From Candidatus Iainarchaeum sp. (GTDB lineage Archaea > Iainarchaeota > Iainarchaeia > Iainarchaeales > CSSED10-239): DNA of 10,369 bases. Under the pieces are notes generated by a model, which was given only the letters and a program-made list of their open reading frames with translations, was not told the DNA's origin and did no database searches. The stretch spans positions 1 to 10,369 of the forward strand of contig JAQUVR010000006.1 in NCBI GenBank assembly GCA_028693335.1, read 5' to 3'. Within the stretch, counting starts at the first letter, position 1, and the number at the start of each line of letters is the position of its first letter. Position numbers and translations under genes: made by a program. Shown here piece by piece: positions 6,906-10,369 of this stretch.

Positions 6906-8012
6906 ATGCCAGCAAATGTAACCTATGAATTTTCTGCAGCAAAGGAAAAATTTGAAGCTGCAAAAACAGATGATGAAAAATTAATTGCACTTCAAGAGAT
7001 GTTATCTGCTGCACCAAATCACAAAGGTGGAGAAAATCTTAGAAAAGATATTAGTAGAAAGATTGCTGATTTAAAAAACCGAATGGAAAAAAAAGCACAA
7101 GCACAAAAAAAATCAGGATATACAATAAATATTAAAAAAGAAGGTGCTGGCCAAGTTGTTTTAGTTGGTTTGCCAAATTCTGGAAAAAGTACTTTTCTTA
7201 CTAAATTTACTAATGCAAAGCCATTAATTGCCCCATATCCATACACAACAACAAAACCAGAAGTGGGTGTTTTAAATTTTGGTGGCGCTTTGATTCAAAT
7301 TGTAGAGTTGCCCGCATTTTTAGAAACAAAAGAAATGGCTCCACAAATATTTTCTATGATAAGAATTGCAGATGCAACTATTCTTATTTTTGAAAATTCT
7401 AATTTTAAAAGATTAGATAAATTAATAGATCTACTTGAAGAACAAGATATATTTGTAACAAAAGAAAAACCAAAAATAGATATTGTGAAAAGTCAGTTTG
7501 TGGGTGTGTCTTTTGTAAATGAGCAAAATCTGTTAGTTAAAAAAGAAGATGCTGAAAGATTACTAAAAGATGCTGGGTTTAGATCTCACACAATTATTTT
7601 AAATCAAAAAACAAATATGCAAGATATTTTGTTATTAATAAACCCAAGGGCAAGTTATCAAAAAGCAATTGGAGTTTCTATTCCAATTTCTGGAAAAAAA
7701 CTAGATACTAATAAATACAAAAATATTCCTCTTTATGATTTTTCAGAGATTAATGAAATTAATGAAAAAATTTTTGAAATGGTTGATAAGATAATAATCT
7801 ATACAAAAAAACCAGGTCAAAAACCAGATCTTACAGATCCATTAGTTATTGATAAAAATGGAACTGTAAAAGATGCAGCAAGAGCAATACATAAAGACAT
7901 TTACCAAGACCTTAAATCTGCAAAAGTTTGGGGTAGTACAAAATATCCTGGGCAAACTGTTTCTAAAGACTATATTTTAAAGAATAAAGATATTGTTGAG
8001 TTTGTTGTGTAA
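6906..8012 (+). CDS. DRG/Rbg-family (Obg-like) GTP-binding protein with C-terminal TGS domain and divergent G-motifs
   Basis: 368-aa ORF with DRG architecture. It has an N-terminal helical region (NLRKDISRKIADLKNRMEKK), G1 GLPNSGKS (7167-7190), G2 YPYTTTKP, and a C-terminal TGS-like region IIIYTKKPGQKPDLTDPLVIDKNGTVKDAARAIHKDIYQDLKSAKVWG...DIVEF. G3 reads ELPA rather than DxxG, and there is no NKxD. Confidence 0.8.
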   Translation: MPANVTYEFSAAKEKFEAAKTDDEKLIALQEMLSAAPNHKGGENLRKDISRKIADLKNRMEKKAQAQKKSGYTINIKKEGAGQVVLVGLPNSGKSTFLTKFTNAKPLIAPYPYTTTKPEVGVLNFGGALIQIVELPAFLETKEMAPQIFSMIRIADATILIFENSNFKRLDKLIDLLEEQDIFVTKEKPKIDIVKSQFVGVSFVNEQNLLVKKEDAERLLKDAGFRSHTIILNQKTNMQDILLLINPRASYQKAIGVSIPISGKKLDTNKYKNIPLYDFSEINEINEKIFEMVDKIIIYTKKPGQKPDLTDPLVIDKNGTVKDAARAIHKDIYQDLKSAKVWGSTKYPGQTVSKDYILKNKDIVEFVV

Positions 8013-8049
8013 CATTTATAAAATATATCTACTTATATAATTTTAGAAT

Positions 8050-8060
8050 AAATATATTTA
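8050..8060 (+). promoter_or_regulatory. TATA box (AAATATATTTA) for the pilus platform operon
   Basis: Centred about 29 nt upstream of the ATG at 8084, and no SD is visible, so the mRNA is likely leaderless or nearly so. Other TATA-like strings occur at 8015-8028 and 8033-8040. Confidence 0.4.
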
Positions 8061-8083
8061 TCAAAACACATTTGTAGATAAAA

Positions 8084-8962
8084 ATGGTTAATAAAAAAAA
8101 AGAAGAAAGTAGTAAATTTGAAGAACAGCTATATCTGTTATTTTTACCACTTACTGAAAGTATAAAAATTAAAGAACTAGAAACTAAATTAATTCAAATA
8201 GATTATCCAGATGATCTTTCTATTTATTTATCAAAACATTTATTTTTTGCGTTTTTTGTGCCACTTATCTTATTATTATTAGGCTCTTTTTTTGCTTTTG
8301 CTACTGGTAATTCAGCATGGGTAGGAAATATTGTAATAATATGTATTTTTTCGTTTTTTGGTGTTTTGGTTTATGCTTTATTAAAGCCATATTTAGATGT
8401 TTCCGCAAAAGTAACCACCATAAAAAACAGTTTATCATTATCAATTTTGAGTATGTCTAGTATTGCAGAATCTGGTGCTCCACCAGAATCTATGTTTCAC
8501 ACAGCAGCAACAAAATCAGAATCCCCAGAGCTTAGTAAAGAATTTCAAAAAATCACTGCTTATATGGATCATTTTGGGTTATCTTTACCAGAAGCAATAG
8601 ATCAATATTGTAAAATAACTCCATCTATTGAATTAAAAAAATTTTTATTTGAACTAAAATCAAATTTAGCATCTGGTGGATCATTACCAGAGTTTATGAA
8701 AAAGAAAGCAGAACACGCTCAATTTACTTATAAATTAGTTTTAGATAATATGAATAAAAGAGCAGAAACTTTTGGAGACATCTATTCTGCTATTGTTATT
8801 GCTGGACCATTATTTTTATTTTCATCAATTATGCTTTTAGGTATGATTGGTGGTGGTGGTTTTGGTGGGCTGAGTATTAACACATTAATGATTTTAGGTG
8901 TGTTTGGTATTGTTCCAATGATTAATATAATTTTTATTGTAGTATTACAAATTATTTCATAA
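8084..8962 (+). CDS. Type IV filament platform protein with a single T2SSF domain (FlaJ/TadB/TadC-like), half 1
   Basis: 292-aa membrane protein. It has two N-terminal transmembrane segments, then a soluble T2SSF-like helical bundle (LSILSMSSIAESGAPPESMF...FQKITAYMDHFGLSLPEAIDQYCKITPS..LKKFLFELKSNLASGGSLPEFMKKKAE), then C-terminal transmembrane segments. Confidence 0.75.
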   Translation: MVNKKKEESSKFEEQLYLLFLPLTESIKIKELETKLIQIDYPDDLSIYLSKHLFFAFFVPLILLLLGSFFAFATGNSAWVGNIVIICIFSFFGVLVYALLKPYLDVSAKVTTIKNSLSLSILSMSSIAESGAPPESMFHTAATKSESPELSKEFQKITAYMDHFGLSLPEAIDQYCKITPSIELKKFLFELKSNLASGGSLPEFMKKKAEHAQFTYKLVLDNMNKRAETFGDIYSAIVIAGPLFLFSSIMLLGMIGGGGFGGLSINTLMILGVFGIVPMINIIFIVVLQIIS

Positions 8963-8974
8963 AGGTTTTAAAAA

Positions 8975-9802
8975 ATGAATAAAAAGCAAAAATATTTTTT
9001 AGATTATGCAATTAAAGGCGGAATTGCAAGTGCAATTTTAGCTGTTGCATTAATTAATACAAAAATTTTAATTTTTGCTATGTTTCCTTTTTTGGGTGCT
9101 ATTGGTATTGCATCTGTAAGTTATACAAAAAAAATTAAATCACTTGAAACAAATCTTTTTATTTTTTTAGATGACTTAAGAGATCTATTACAGGGTGGAA
9201 TGAACATAGTTACAGCTATGGAAGTTATTACTGAACATGATTATGGTGCATTAAATGAATATTTAAAAAGAATTACTGCACAAGTAAAAATAGGTATTCC
9301 ATTTGATATGGCTTTGATTAATGTATTTGAAGATGTAGATAGTCCATTATTTAATAAAGTTGCTCAAGTAATATCTGAAAGCACCAAATATGGTGGAAAT
9401 CTAATTAAAATATTTTCATCAGTATCTAATTATGTAAAAACAATAAATGAAATGTCAGAAGAAAGAAAATCTAAAACATTTTCAACAGTCTTTTCATCTT
9501 ATTTTATGTTTTTTATATTCATTGCAATTATTTTAACTATTCAGATAGTCTTTTTACCAATGCTTGCATCAAACGATCTAAGTTCAGCTACTGGTGGTGG
9601 TGGGGTGGAATCTGAATCCCTTGCAGATATAAATTTTAATGCGTATTTTTTATATCTTTTAATTATTCAAGCAGGATTTGCTGGACCAATAATTGGAAAA
9701 ATTTCAGAAAATAATGCTATTGCTGGTATTAAACATTCAATAATATTACTCGCAGTTTCAGTTCCACTTTATGTTGTGGTTTCTTTGTTGTTTGTTGGGT
9801 AA
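8975..9802 (+). CDS. Type IV filament platform protein with a single T2SSF domain (FlaJ/TadB/TadC-like), half 2
   Basis: 275-aa membrane protein with the same layout as half 1 (FLDDLRDLLQGGMNIVTAMEVI...LKRITAQVKIGIPFDMALINVFEDVDSPLFNKVAQVISESTKYGGNLIKIFSSVS). It starts 12 nt after the previous stop, with AGGT 8 nt upstream of the ATG. Confidence 0.75.
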   Translation: MNKKQKYFLDYAIKGGIASAILAVALINTKILIFAMFPFLGAIGIASVSYTKKIKSLETNLFIFLDDLRDLLQGGMNIVTAMEVITEHDYGALNEYLKRITAQVKIGIPFDMALINVFEDVDSPLFNKVAQVISESTKYGGNLIKIFSSVSNYVKTINEMSEERKSKTFSTVFSSYFMFFIFIAIILTIQIVFLPMLASNDLSSATGGGGVESESLADINFNAYFLYLLIIQAGFAGPIIGKISENNAIAGIKHSIILLAVSVPLYVVVSLLFVG

Positions 9803-9822
9803 TGTTTTTGGGTTAGAAAACA
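9803..9822 (+). terminator. Possible operon terminator: T5 run plus a weak hairpin
   Basis: TGTTTTT begins directly after the TAA stop, with the T-run at 9805-9809. TGTTTT (9803-9808) can pair with AAAACA (9817-9822). Archaeal termination uses oligo-T tracts, but the stem is short and all A/T. Confidence 0.3.
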
Positions 9823-9833
9823 AATAAGTTAAA

Positions 9834-9842
9834 TTTATATAT
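9834..9842 (+). promoter_or_regulatory. Candidate TATA box (TTTATATAT) for the pilin gene
   Basis: Same 9-mer as the 1275 promoter, and the identity extends to the 13-mer TTTATATATGTTT. It lies about 90 nt upstream of the pilin ATG, implying a leader of about 65 nt. Alternative TATA-like strings at 9854-9870 and 9883-9892 would give shorter leaders. Confidence 0.35.
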
Positions 9843-9915
9843 GTTTGTTTGTTTTATTATAATATAATTTAATTATTATGAATTATAAATAAAAATAAAA
9901 AAAACTCATAATTTA

Positions 9916-9922
9916 GAGGTGA
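9916..9922 (+). promoter_or_regulatory. Strong Shine-Dalgarno site (GAGGTGA) for the pilin gene
   Basis: A 7-nt match to the complement of the 16S 3' end, 7 nt upstream of the ATG at 9930. It is the strongest SD in the window. Confidence 0.7.
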
Positions 9923-9929
9923 ACAGAAA

Positions 9930-10369
9930 ATGAATTTTAGAAAAAAAGGTGTTTCCCCATTAATTGCTACAATTTTATTAATTGTTGTTGCAGTTATTTT
10001 GGTTACAATTGTTTTAACCTGGGGTAAAAATTTTGCTACCGACAGTTTAGCAAAAACAGGAGATGTTGTATCTGATAATTGTTCAGGATCTTCTATTGCA
10101 TTATCTAATTGTCAAATCTCTAGAACAGATGTAGTATTTACAGTAAGAAACAACAGTTCAAATAATTATACATTCCCAGCAACAGATGTACCACAAGTAT
10201 TTTTAAGAGATGAAGCTGGTGGATCATACACATCAGAATTAGATTTAAATTTGTCTAGTGGTGCAGCTTGGTCAACAGCATTAACTCCTGGTGAGATGAG
10301 AGGTGCTAAGGCAGCAGTTGGTTCATTAACTGGTGATGTTATTACTGTTACCGTAAGATCTCAAACATG
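9930..10369 (+). CDS. Archaeal type IV prepilin-like protein with class III signal peptide (3' end beyond the window)
   Basis: Translated by hand; absent from the ORF track because it runs off the window edge. Sequence: MNFRKKGVSPLIATILLIVVAVILVTIVLTWGKNFATDSLAKTGDVVSDNCSGSSIALSNCQISRTDVVFTVRNNSSNNYTFPATDVPQVFLRDEAGGSYTSELDLNLSSGAAWSTALTPGEMRGAKAAVGSLTGDVITVTVRSQT.. with no stop in 146 codons. The basic KKG followed by VSPLIATILLI and a hydrophobic helix is the classic prepilin peptidase (PibD/FlaK/EppA) substrate N-terminus. Confidence 0.85.
   Translation, partial: MNFRKKGVSPLIATILLIVVAVILVTIVLTWGKNFATDSLAKTGDVVSDNCSGSSIALSNCQISRTDVVFTVRNNSSNNYTFPATDVPQVFLRDEAGGSYTSELDLNLSSGAAWSTALTPGEMRGAKAAVGSLTGDVITVTVRSQT

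Noticed and set aside
7019-7246. 75-aa ORF on the minus strand
   Set aside because: It lies antisense to the N-terminal and P-loop region of the DRG-like GTPase. It is a shadow ORF.
9875-9912. 7-bp inverted repeat ATTATGA (9875-9881) / TCATAAT (9906-9912) in the pilin leader
   Set aside because: The stem is a 7-mer made almost entirely of A/T, with a 24-nt A-rich loop, in DNA that is about 90% A+T locally. That is within chance expectation, and the flanking bases do not extend the pairing.
1-10369. Possible stop-codon reassignment, since all 10 complete genes end in TAA (8) or TAG (2) and none in TGA
   Set aside because: All ORFs are full-length under the standard code and no in-frame TGA needs to be read through. 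TGA avoidance is expected at this AT content, and ten genes are too few to draw a conclusion.
1-10369. CRISPR arrays, tRNA/rRNA genes, transposases or integrases, and defence or toxin-antitoxin systems
   Set aside because: No spaced direct repeats, no GC-rich structured RNA islands, no terminal inverted repeats and no ORFs with nuclease, transposase or toxin signatures were seen. All spacers are 127 bp or shorter and are accounted for by promoter and SD signals.

Overview
This is a strongly AT-rich (by eye about 70% A+T), very tightly packed archaeal chromosome segment. Orc1/Cdc6, Cdc48, a DRG-type GTPase, a class III signal-peptide pilin, TATA-box promoters and GGTGA-type Shine-Dalgarno (SD) sites fit a small-genome, DPANN-like archaeon; that lineage call is inference. 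Gene order: orc1/cdc6 (+), then a tight three-gene + strand cluster of an Lrp/AsnC-like regulator, a half-size NFACT-R (Rqc2/RqcH family) protein and Cdc48/VCP. Next come a convergent minus-strand pair (TatD hydrolase, M50 site-2 protease), then a HemK/Mtq2-type NPPY methyltransferase (+) and a divergent DRG/TGS GTPase (+). The window ends with a type IV filament module: two single-domain T2SSF (FlaJ/TadB/TadC-like) platform genes and a 3'-truncated prepilin gene that the ORF track misses. I see no rRNA, tRNA, CRISPR array, transposase, integrase or recognisable defence or toxin gene, so most of the window is ordinary housekeeping content. The best candidates for new biology are (i) the truncated NFACT gene abutting cdc48, a possible minimal archaeal ribosome-quality-control module, (ii) a DRG GTPase with an intact P-loop but no canonical G3 or G4 motif, and (iii) a split, Tad-like pilus platform with a pilin but no adjacent ATPase. 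All functional calls rest on motifs read by eye, not on database searches.
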